This document shows, one piece after another, positions 49,833-58,862 of a DNA stretch of 58,862 nucleotides. The notes below the pieces were generated by a model. That model was not told where the DNA came from. It made no database searches and was given only the letters and a program-made list of their open reading frames with translations. How positions within the stretch are numbered: position 1 is the stretch's first letter; every line of letters starts with the position of its first letter. This stretch comes from Chromera velia (lineage: Eukaryota): contig JAHBMJ010000072.1 in assembly GCA_018398765.1 (NCBI GenBank), positions 1 to 58,862 on the forward strand. Reading direction: 5' to 3'. A program made the translations under genes and the position numbers.

Positions 49833-51653
49833 AAGTTGGCAACTTTCTTTTTTTTCTTTTTTTTTTTAATAGTCCAAATTATAGAGTGCAGAGCCTAGTA
49901 AAATATATTATTAATCTACTTAAAAGAAAAGCAAATTCAGCTTTCTTTCTGAAAAAAAAAGAAAACGTAAAAATTGCATACAATGATTTAATATACTGTG
50001 TTATTACATTCCCTCCTTTGATAACTAATCTTCTTATGTTCTTTCCTGCTTATACAATTGAGTGCACTATTCACCTGCTGGAAGCGATAGACAAAAGACA
50101 GCAGCAAAGAGGAAAGGGGGGTCGCGCGCGTCGGTTCTCATGCCTTGCTCTGTGCTTCTCGATTGATCAGATGTTGCATTCTTGGAGTCAGTCCGTCTGA
50201 TATTGCATGCACGGTTCTGGTGTGTCAGCACCATTGTATATGCAATCAGACCCGTGACTTCTCGCGAATGATGCGCGCGTAGAAGGTGCATACATTAATT
50301 ATTCACTTTTTTCGGCGTCCCCACCCGGATCGCACAAAAGTGAATTTTTTGCATGCATTCTTTTTGCTCGATTATTTGACTTACCCAGAAGTGAGAGCAT
50401 GCCGTCATATTGACCAATCTTGGAGATGGTGATTTCGGTAGAGTCCACCATTGGTCCCTTAGCAAATAGTACGTGCATAGCAGGACTGTCTCGGCTGTTG
50501 GAAGAGAACTTATCATACTAGAACATTCCTACTGTCCACATAAGGGTTACGATGGGGGTCTGTGAGGAAATTACAGATTACAACTTTTTTCGTTACAGTT
50601 TTTCCGTAACTTGGCGCCTTCGACACCAATTTTTTATTATAGAAAATTTCTAAGAAAAACGGTAATTCGGGCGTTGTGGGGCCAACATAGGACCCCGGTA
50701 TAGAAATCTCACGCCGTTCTTCATACAGTGCATGCAATCATATGCATGCTTGTACAAACGAATGATTACATTGATTCCAAGACCAGTAAGGCAAAGGAGC
50801 CAATTAACCATTGCCAACCGATGAGGTATGATCTTCTTAAGCTGCTGTTAATCTTTTGACGCAGGTGTCTGTATATCTGTATGTTGCGAACTGCACCTTC
50901 TCTTTGTGAACTGCAGAGAGCGAACTGTTTCTACAGGACTGTTAGATAGATCAGGGGGGGCATCTTCGAGTCCGTCTTTCTCAAATCAGCCCTCTACCGC
51001 TAAGGCAAAGGCGAAGGGCAAAAGAAGGCCAAAAGGCAAGGCAAAAGCCAAAGTCAGCACTTAAGAAGACCACAAAGGAAGGGAGGGGGGTGGAAAAGGC
51101 TTGCAGGGTCGATCTTTTGTGTTGTTTTGTGAAACTTTTGAATGTAAAGGTACCTATAGACGTCGAAAAGCAAGTTTTAAACGGATTGAACTCAGTCTTT
51201 TCCCTATAGTATTTAATATCCTGGTCAGAATGAGATTTAAGAAGGATAGTTTGAGAAAAAAAGATATACAGCAAACTTCATGCAATCTAACATATTTTAA
51301 CTAGTATTTTTATTTGAATTTTAGTAAGTTCTGAATTTATATTGGGTTTTCTAGTGGGTTTTGAACTTTGAATTAAATGTACACAGTCCAATTGCGTACT
51401 CTGCCTCGCTCTTTCTTGTCTGGTAGTTCTCTTTTCACTTCTCTCTTTTGAGCATGTGCTGGTGGGGGAAAGAGACACGGTGGATCCTACGAAGAACACT
51501 GTATTCACTGTCCTGCAGTCGAAGGTAAAAAGGTGATCGACGATGCGGTGCATCGATTGTCTGCGTGCGTGCAAACAGAGTAGCTTAGATCCAAACTTCA
51601 CTCACTGGCAGAGAGAGTGAAAGAAAGAACAGGAATCGGTGAAAGGGTCTGCA

Positions 51654-52439
51654 TAGTGCTAGGAAAAGGTTCAAGGTTCAAGGTTCAAGGTTCACTTCGA
51701 AGTAATGAACCTGAATCAGGTTCAAAAACAGGTTCACTTTTAATTAATAGAAACCTCATTTTTGCCCGGCCTGTTGCCCCCCCCCTTGCTCCCCCCCATG
51801 GCTCCCACCACTCCCAGCTATCACGGGTGGCACCCACACATCTGGGCTTGCATTCGTTCCAACCTTTTGCCACATAAAATCGGATTGAAACTCTGTTTTC
51901 GAATACTCATCAGTGCACCCGATCATATGAATTGGTAATATTATGTCACCTGCTTTGTACTTTGCATGAGGAGCAACATTCTTGTTCAACCCCCCTCTCG
52001 TCCACTTCATCATTCCTTTAACGTCTCTTGTTCAACTCTATACTTCCTCATTCCTTCAGTGGAGACTGTCTGTTTTGATGCGGGGCCTTGCAAGTGGAAA
52101 ACTTGGTAAGTCAGTGTACTTTTTCACTTCTACAACCATCAGCATGAGTTTTCATGCTGACATATGATGCTGACATATGCTGACATGCGTTTGTCCGACA
52201 CAATAGATTGAACCGGCTGGGGACAGTTGCTATGCGCGCAACTCCAGCTCCAGCTCCTTATTTCACCTATATCGGCCGTGGGCGGCGCGGGCCTGGCCGG
52301 CTTTGTGTTAGTGGCCGCGTGTCTGGCCTCCAAAACAGGTTCAAAACAGGTTCAACAGGTTTAACAGGTTCAAAACAGGTTCAACAGGTTCACTTTTTCA
52401 GATTTGAACCTTTTCTCAATGAACCTTTTCCCAGCCCTA
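51654..52439. mobile_element. Non-autonomous hAT-type DNA transposon (MITE), 786 bp
   Basis: 20-bp TIRs tagtgctaggaaaaggttca / tgaaccttttcccagcccta (2 mismatches); perfect 8-bp TSD GGTCTGCA at 51646-51653 and 52440-52447; subterminal AGGTTCA arrays at both ends. Confidence 0.92.
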
Positions 52440-52694
52440 GGTCTGCAGAGCAAGATGGACTGCTACAGCTGGGGGAAGAGGTATCGGGGAAGAAGAGACA
52501 TATGTGGGAGAGCTCGTTTCATTCATTAGAGACCGGGAGCTGAAGAAGGCAAGTACACTGATCGAAGCTTATCTGAACTTGAAATGAGTGCGCGCGCGTC
52601 TTGTATGGTTGTTCAGCCTTTAGCTTCAGCCTAGGCTACGGAGGGTCGTGGTTGTTTATATTCATGCAGCAGCAGGCTAAGCTGCGGCGGTTTG

Positions 52695-52791
52695 CTCCTT
52701 TTGTTTACAACTGCATGCATGGGTTGCCATTTGTCTCTGGTTTCAGAGACTCTAGGCTTAACCACAATTAAGTAAGTAAGTAAGTAAGTAA
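52695..52791 (+). mobile_element. Short retroposon 3'-end fragment with a (TAAG)n tail, copy 2 (may extend upstream)
   Basis: ctccttttgtttacaactgcatgcatgggttgccatttgtctctggtttcagagactctaggcttaaccacaat(taag)n; inverted match to 34213-34301. Confidence 0.75.
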
Positions 52792-53024
52792 AATTAATTT
52801 AATTTCAGAATTCGAGTGCTAATTGATTTCAAAATGTCAAGCATATCTTAGTACTGTTTTTTGTTGAGCTACTTGCCTGCTGTGACAGTGGTCAGAGAAC
52901 TTAGTTGGATTTGAGAAAAGATTCCAAACCCGCAAACATTATTCTAGTTATGAAGGAGTTTTTAGACTGATAATCAATAGTATTCGGTTCTTGTGCTTAG
53001 TCTGCAAAGCTGCTAACATTATCG

Positions 53025-56000
53025 TTATTGCACCTTTCCAACAAATCTGTTTCCCTTCTGAAGATTCTCTCTCGACCACATCGGCTGGAGGTTGGAAAAA
53101 TGCAGACGTGCAATCTGCGTCTCTTTGCTTGGCCTCTCCCCACCAGGCCCTACGTACATGATGGGGGTGATATGGTCGACATGCCAGTGAGTGCCGTAAT
53201 TCTGCCACGACATTCCGGGGTTGCCGTGGAAATCGTCTTTTTCAAGGTGGGACTTCAAGTTTTCGTACGAGCAACCCAAGTATTCGTGGGTACGTTTGCG
53301 CTCTGGGACAGGCCTTCCAGAGCGAATCTTTCTCAACACCTTTGTGATCACAGAACGTGAAATAGCCATCAGCCGAAAGACCGCGTCTTCTTTGTATCGC
53401 GCTATAAAGCTCTCTCGCCGTCTTTCCTTTCGTTTTGCGAAAGAAGGGTTGTCTTTCTGGCACACCGGACAGTCAGATCGAACGCGGTCGTGTTCGCAAA
53501 TCTGACTTCCATTACACTGCCGACACAATTCACGTCTACGGCCGTGCTCGCAGATACCTTTCCCATTACACTCCTTGCAACGGTACCTGTACCTTCCATG
53601 TTCACAAAGTCCTTTTCCACCACACTCCTTGCACACATACTTCTGCCGTCCGTGCATGCAGAAGGAGTTTCCTCCACAATCCCTGCACCGGTCTCGTCGG
53701 CGTCCATGGACACAGATTCTACTCCCCCCGCACTCTTTGCACCAATATTTGATTCGGCCATGAATGCAAATGGAGCCCCCTCCACACTCTTTGCAGTGGC
53801 CTCTCTGTCGTCCATGTTGACATATTCCCTTCCCTCCACATTCCCTGCAAGTGTACTTGTATCGGTTGTGTACACAAATGGCACTTCCCCCACATTCCTT
53901 GCACTTATCTCGCCTCCTTCCATGTGCGCAGATTCCGTTTCCTCCACAGTCTCTGCAAAACCTTCGTTGGCGTCCGTGCTCGCACAGCCCCTTCCCGTCG
54001 CAATCCCTACAGTACCGGCGCTCTCTTCCGTGTTCACATACTGCACTACCCCCACAATCCTTACAATATGACCGCTGGCGCCCGTGACAACAAATCCCCC
54101 CCCCCCCGCACTCCTTGCAGAGATACCTTTGCCTGCCATGTGGGCACTTGCCCTTCTGTTTTGGCTTTGTGTTTGTCAGCTTTTCAGATGCGGTTACAGA
54201 AACCCTACCAGAAGTGCAAGAATGAGACCTGAATAATCTTGTTTCACTTGTCTGTTGCTTGGGGCTGTTTCTCAACTCGCTGTCCCCACCGGGGGACTGA
54301 ATCACGCCAACAATGTCCTCTAACAGAATCTCTCTTCCCATCCCGAAACTCTCTGACAGCGCGGAGGAACGAGAAGGAAAGGATAAAACAGCAAAACCTC
54401 TCACCCCAGACCTCTCTGCATTGATTCCCCGCTTCGGGTGCTGGTTCACGACAGTGGTGGTGCCCACGGAGAGACTCACTCGATGTGCGGNCAATTCACG
54501 TCTACGGCCGTGCTCGCAGATACCTTTCCCATTACACTCCTTGCAACGGTACCTGTACCTTCCATGTTCACAAAGTCCTTTTCCACCACACTCCTTGCAC
54601 ACATACTTCTGCCGTCCGTGCATGCAGAAGGAGTTTCCTCCACAATCCCTGCACCGGTCTCGTCGGCGTCCATGGACACAGATTCTACTCCCCCCGCACT
54701 CTTTGCACCAATATTTGATTCGGCCATGAATGCAAATGGAGCCCCCTCCACACTCTTTGCAGTGGCCTCTCTGTCGTCCATGTTGACATATTCCCTTCCC
54801 TCCACATTCCCTGCAAGTGTACTTGTATCGGTTGTGTACACAAATGGCACTTCCCCCACATTCCTTGCACTTATCTCGCCTCCTTCCATGTGCGCAGATT
54901 CCGTTTCCTCCACAGTCTCTGCAAAACCTTCGTTGGCGTCCGTGCTCGCACAGCCCCTTCCCGTCGCAATCCCTACAGTACCGGCGCTCTCTTCCGTGTT
55001 CACATACTGCACTACCCCCACAATCCTTACAATATGACCGCTGGCGCCCGTGACAACAAATCCCCCCCCCCCCGCACTCCTTGCAGAGATACCTTTGCCT
55101 GCCATGTGGGCACTTGCCCTTCTGTTTTGGCTTTGTGTTTGTCAGCTTTTCAGATGCGGTTACAGAAACCCTACCAGAAGTGCAAGAATGAGACCTGAAT
55201 AATCTTGTTTCACTTGTCTGTTGCTTGGGGCTGTTTCTCAACTCGCTGTCCCCACCGGGGGACTGAATCACGCCAACAATGTCCTCTAACAGAATCTCTC
55301 TTCCCATCCCGAAACTCTCTGACAGCGCGGAGGAACGAGAAGGAAAGGATAAAACAGCAAAACCTCTCACCCCAGACCTCTCTGCATTGATTCCCCGCTT
55401 CGGGTGCTGGTTCACGACAGTGGTGGTGCCCACGGAGAGACTCACTCGATGTGCGGAGAATGTATGGAGCGGGCTTGAAAGGGTCTGCAGAAAAGTGACG
55501 GGGCTGCACTCCTTCAGTGGGGACCTTACGATAGGCTGCAGCTGCAGAGGGCAGACGAGTGTGACTTGCTTTGAGAATTGACATTGTTTTTTCTGAAGCG
55601 ACACGGCAGGTAAGCCCGCAGAAGACTTCCCCACATATCTGTTTCCCTTCTGAAGATTCTCTCTCGACCACATCGGCTGGAGGTTTGAAAAGTGCAGACG
55701 TGCAATCTGCGTCTCTTTGCTTGGCCTCTCCCCACCAGGCCCTACGTACATGATGGGGGTGATATGGTCGACATGCCAGTGAGTGCCGTAATTCTGCCAC
55801 GACATTCCGGGGTTGCCGTGGAAATCGTCTTTTTCAAGGTGGGACTTCAAGTTTTCGTACGAGCAACCCAAGTATTCGTGGGTACGTTTGCGCTCGGGGA
55901 GAGGCTTTTCATCTCTGCAAGCAGACAGGCACTTGTATACAACATTTCGAGTGTTTTTTGTCAAGCGGTAGACAAAATCTTCTTTGCATCGCAGTTTTTC

Positions 56001-56921
56001 TCGTTCTCTCCTCTCCGCAAATGCTGGGTTGTCCTTCTGGCACACTGCGCATTTTGAGCGAACCCTGTCGTGTTGGCATATTTGACTTCCCTTACACTCC
56101 TTGCACGTCGTCCGCAGGCGGCCGTGCACGCATACTCCACTTCCGCGGCACTCTACACAGCGGTACCTGTGCTTTCCATGTTCGCATATTCCCTTGCCTC
56201 CACATTCCCTACACCAGTACTTGCGGCGGCCGTGTTTGCACAGCGAACTTCCCCCACACTCTTTGCAACGGTCTCGCCGCCGACCGTGGGGGCAGAGCTT
56301 TCTGGTCTTCTGTGTTTTTGGGATATAAGGTGCCAGCCGGTCTTTTGTTCCTTCGGCCCTTCCAGCGTCTGAGGAGGCTGCTGTGAAAACGGATGGGGAA
56401 ACGTGGAAACGGTCCTGGGTCTTTGATGTGTTGGGAGTTTCTGCCCCGGTGGATCCTAGGACCCGGAGGGAAGACGTATTTTTGAAGCAAATTTGTAACT
56501 CATTATGCCTCTTGCTTGACGACTGTGGACCTACAGTGTCGCGGACTTTCTGCTTGTCAGCGTGAAGACCCTTGTCCTCGTTCTGTCCCTTCCAGGCGGT
56601 AGGCCCGGGTTTCAAACATGAAAAATGCCGACTACAGCCTGAAGGCTGGACGAAGTTCGTGCCAAACAAGCGGAACGATCCCGAGAAACAAAATCTGGAT
56701 CCAGGAAGCCGAGAAGACGAAATTTCAGCTGAGCTATAAATTGGCTCTCTGGAATGCAGCGTCGAAAGCGTGTTTTTCTCTGGTTCTACATGAAGGGCGG
56801 ACACCTCGCACTTGCACTGTGCAGAATTTCTGTTCTTTTCGAAAACTCTGCGCTGCGTCAAGCATCGGCGAGCGTGGCATCCTGTCACACTTTGACAAAG
56901 GAGCTGATGGACGCTTCTCAT
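53025..56921 (-). CDS. Intronless protein with two [18-aa CxHGR..CxxC repeat array + HNH (beta-beta-alpha-Me) endonuclease] modules; first ATG at 56921; about 322 aa shorter if the N-flanked duplication is an artefact
   Basis: Repeats such as CEHGRQRRFCRDCGGNGI; the nuclease block YLGCSYENLKSHLE..GMSWQNYGTHWHVDHITP..LHFSNLQPMWSRENLQKG occurs twice (55620-55895 and 53025-53305). Confidence 0.88.
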   Translation of the reverse strand: MRSVHQLLCQSVTGCHARRCLTQRRVFEKNRNSAQCKCEVSALHVEPEKNTLSTLHSREPIYSSAEISSSRLPGSRFCFSGSFRLFGTNFVQPSGCSRHFSCLKPGPTAWKGQNEDKGLHADKQKVRDTVGPQSSSKRHNELQICFKNTSSLRVLGSTGAETPNTSKTQDRFHVSPSVFTAASSDAGRAEGTKDRLAPYIPKTQKTRKLCPHGRRRDRCKECGGSSLCKHGRRKYWCRECGGKGICEHGKHRYRCVECRGSGVCVHGRLRTTCKECKGSQICQHDRVRSKCAVCQKDNPAFAERREREKLRCKEDFVYRLTKNTRNVVYKCLSACRDEKPLPERKRTHEYLGCSYENLKSHLEKDDFHGNPGMSWQNYGTHWHVDHITPIMYVGPGGERPSKETQIARLHFSNLQPMWSRENLQKGNRYVGKSSAGLPAVSLQKKQCQFSKQVTLVCPLQLQPIVRSPLKECSPVTFLQTLSSPLHTFSAHRVSLSVGTTTVVNQHPKRGINAERSGVRGFAVLSFPSRSSALSESFGMGREILLEDIVGVIQSPGGDSELRNSPKQQTSETRLFRSHSCTSGRVSVTASEKLTNTKPKQKGKCPHGRQRYLCKECGGGGICCHGRQRSYCKDCGGSAVCEHGRERRYCRDCDGKGLCEHGRQRRFCRDCGGNGICAHGRRRDKCKECGGSAICVHNRYKYTCRECGGKGICQHGRQRGHCKECGGGSICIHGRIKYWCKECGGSRICVHGRRRDRCRDCGGNSFCMHGRQKYVCKECGGKGLCEHGRYRYRCKECNGKGICEHGRRRELXAHRVSLSVGTTTVVNQHPKRGINAERSGVRGFAVLSFPSRSSALSESFGMGREILLEDIVGVIQSPGGDSELRNSPKQQTSETRLFRSHSCTSGRVSVTASEKLTNTKPKQKGKCPHGRQRYLCKECGGGGICCHGRQRSYCKDCGGSAVCEHGRERRYCRDCDGKGLCEHGRQRRFCRDCGGNGICAHGRRRDKCKECGGSAICVHNRYKYTCRECGGKGICQHGRQRGHCKECGGGSICIHGRIKYWCKECGGSRICVHGRRRDRCRDCGGNSFCMHGRQKYVCKECGGKGLCEHGRYRYRCKECNGKGICEHGRRRELCRQCNGSQICEHDRVRSDCPVCQKDNPSFAKRKERRRESFIARYKEDAVFRLMAISRSVITKVLRKIRSGRPVPERKRTHEYLGCSYENLKSHLEKDDFHGNPGMSWQNYGTHWHVDHITPIMYVGPGGERPSKETQIARLHFSNLQPMWSRENLQKGNRFVGKVQ
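53526..55456. repeat. 965-bp direct duplication (53526-54490 = 54492-55456) separated by a single N; probable assembly artefact
   Basis: Copies appear identical, with the same ORF translations at an offset of 966, and the junction is an N. Confidence 0.85.
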
Positions 56922-57396
56922 CACTTTTTCACACAAGATGTCTGCAAGTTCGCACTCAACAAGATGCAGACTGGGAAATGAGGCCAGAAATCGAGGTGCA
57001 AGTCAAGTCTTGCAAGCAACAAACTCCTCTGATCCTTCGAAAATCGGAGCGAAAATCTGTGTGAGCCAGGTGTCCAACATCGTAGAGGCTGGAAGAAACA
57101 GTAAGTACCCCTTTTGAAGTCCACAAAAGAAGGCTGTAATCTTATAGATGCATGAGTACATAGATGTTGCATGTTGCAATGAACTGCATGTGTTGCTATA
57201 AGTGTTGCAAGGTATTGCAAGGCATACACTTTGCAGTTAAATTCTGCGTGCGAATATAGGCGCGCATTGCGCGCCGACGTATTTCAGACTATCAGCTAGA
57301 AAAGTATTATGAGAGAAGTATGCTACAGTAAGAAAAATTGTGTGGGGCAACCGGGGGCAACTTTCCCGGGCAGCAGTAGTTAATGTTGAAATTTCT

Positions 57397-57432
57397 CCCC
57401 CCCCCCCCCCCCCCCAAAANNNNCCCCCCCCC
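57397..57432. other. Assembly gap (NNNN) within a poly-C run
   Basis: n at 57420-57423 flanked by C homopolymers. Confidence 0.9.
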
Positions 57433-58862
57433 TCCTCAAAAAAGTCAATCTAAAACTACGTAAAACTAAAACACAGAAAAAATAGAAAATGAAATCTTAA
57501 GATATTAATATCATCATTACAAAAAAAAAGGGGGGGGTAGAGAAAAAGAACGGAACAACACCAAACTAAATAGCAGACACAATGAAAGCAGGCTCACAGA
57601 TAGTACTTGTTAGATACATTAGAGACAACAACACTTAAAACAGTATCAGTCTATATGTATAAGGAGAGCAAGAGGGATATAAGCAACAGTGAAGACAGGG
57701 GCTATGTTATAGCTACAGGAGGAGGCGTGGCTGCAGTACAGGCTTTTGGTTACTCCTTATGAACAAAACGACTTAACACAACTAGACGTGACAGAGTTTT
57801 CAGTTAATATGACTGATTAATTCAAAATTAAAAGAAATTAACAACTTGAATATGCAAATAATCTGCAGTTAAAATCTTTTTCAAGAAAACAAAAAAGATG
57901 GAATATATGTGTTACATATATACCCGTGGAGTATACAAACGTAACTATTATGCAGACAAAGTATACAAACTATAAACAAAAAGATACAGTCTTACATTGA
58001 ATATCGGGGCTCATGACGCCATACCATACATTAGCATAATATAGCGGACTACTTATCTGACTCCTCAGGCTAGAGGTTTCTTCCTTGGTGGAGTTCAGCA
58101 AGTGCAAAGTCTGTTCAGGGTTCGAGTCACTGCGTAAAAATCTCAAAGTCCGGATGAAGGTCTCTTGTTCACTCTCTAGCTCTCTTTTGATTCATTTTCT
58201 CATCACTTTTTAAACTGGTGGAAAACGCCGAAAGTCAATATTTGCTGTTTTGGAGAGCAATTTCTGGTTCGATCTTGATATACGTATTTACATACATATA
58301 TGTTAGTCTTTTGCGCATATGTTTTTCATTCTGTATCTGACCTACAAGTTAGTATTCAAGGACGTGTGTCTTAAGGTATTTAGTTTTCCCCATGTTTTTT
58401 CTATTTTTGTATTCATTTTGCAGGCCTGTATTTATATACGTCTGTAAGTCCAAATCTTGCTTTTTTCTTGACGTGGCCACTTTGTTTTCAGACATACCGA
58501 CTCCTTTAATGTTCATGCGATCTTAAGAATACATGTAAGTTCGGGAAAATGTATGTACATACGTCTCTAAATATATGCAACTTCTTGTTTGTCTCTAATG
58601 AATCAAGTTTATTTTTACTTCTAAACATGTATGATAGTATAAAATATTAATCCTGGTGTAAAAGTGTTCTTAACATTTCTTAACGTGATATATAAGTGTG
58701 GCTTGGTATGTACATTCGTATGTGGCTTGGTATGTAGGTTGATATATATGTGTCAGTCTATTTACCTTATATGTTTCATTATAATACTTATCTTAATTAT
58801 TTCTTTTCTTTCTCTTTTCCTCTTTCTCTCTCTCTTCTTAATATAATCAGCTACTTATAGAG

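Noticed and set aside
53402..55105. Alternative-frame and antisense ORFs over the repeat arrays
   Set aside because: They are shadows of the periodic Cys-rich frame, which alone carries the recognisable domains.
53526..55456. Apparent third repeat array, i.e. a recent tandem expansion within the HNH ORF
   Set aside because: The copies appear identical and meet at a single N, typical of an unmerged contig overlap. Frame preservation can occur by chance. Needs long reads before being treated as biology.
58020..58260. Coding-like minus-strand patch in the terminal spacer
   Set aside because: Short, with no recognisable motif; cannot be supported as a gene.
1..58862. tRNA, rRNA or other structured RNA genes
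   Set aside because: None recognised by eye; a covariance-model scan would be needed to exclude them.

Overview
Eukaryotic nuclear DNA with spliceosomal GT-AG introns, microsatellite-rich introns and many TGCATG motifs. The style suggests a chromerid alveolate such as Chromera velia; this is inference, not a database match. GC-rich gene islands alternate with TpA-rich spacers full of decayed mobile DNA. Genes: a 2-TM membrane protein, an alveolate-type TPR protein, a secreted Cys-rich protein with an uncharged hexapeptide repeat, a probably plastid-targeted membrane protein, PC4/Sub1, a type I Baeyer-Villiger monooxygenase, a large multi-exon gene ending in a NUMOD1-like HTH, a TMEM151-family protein, and an intronless ORF with two 18-aa CxHGR/CxxC repeat arrays, each fused to a virus-like HNH nuclease. 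Mobile DNA: the 3' end of a chromovirus-type Ty3/Gypsy element, a decayed LINE, a hAT-type MITE with TIRs and an 8-bp TSD, and two copies of a (TAAG)n-tailed retroposon end. Two main observations: (1) the repeat-array/HNH protein has the architecture of a natural modular nuclease, with a short hypervariable window in each repeat; (2) repeat copies throughout the window differ mostly by CpA->TpA / TpG->TpA changes, the signature of fungal RIP-type hypermutation, in an apparently non-fungal genome. A 965-bp duplication abutting an N inside the HNH ORF is probably an assembly artefact. Exon boundaries were read by eye.
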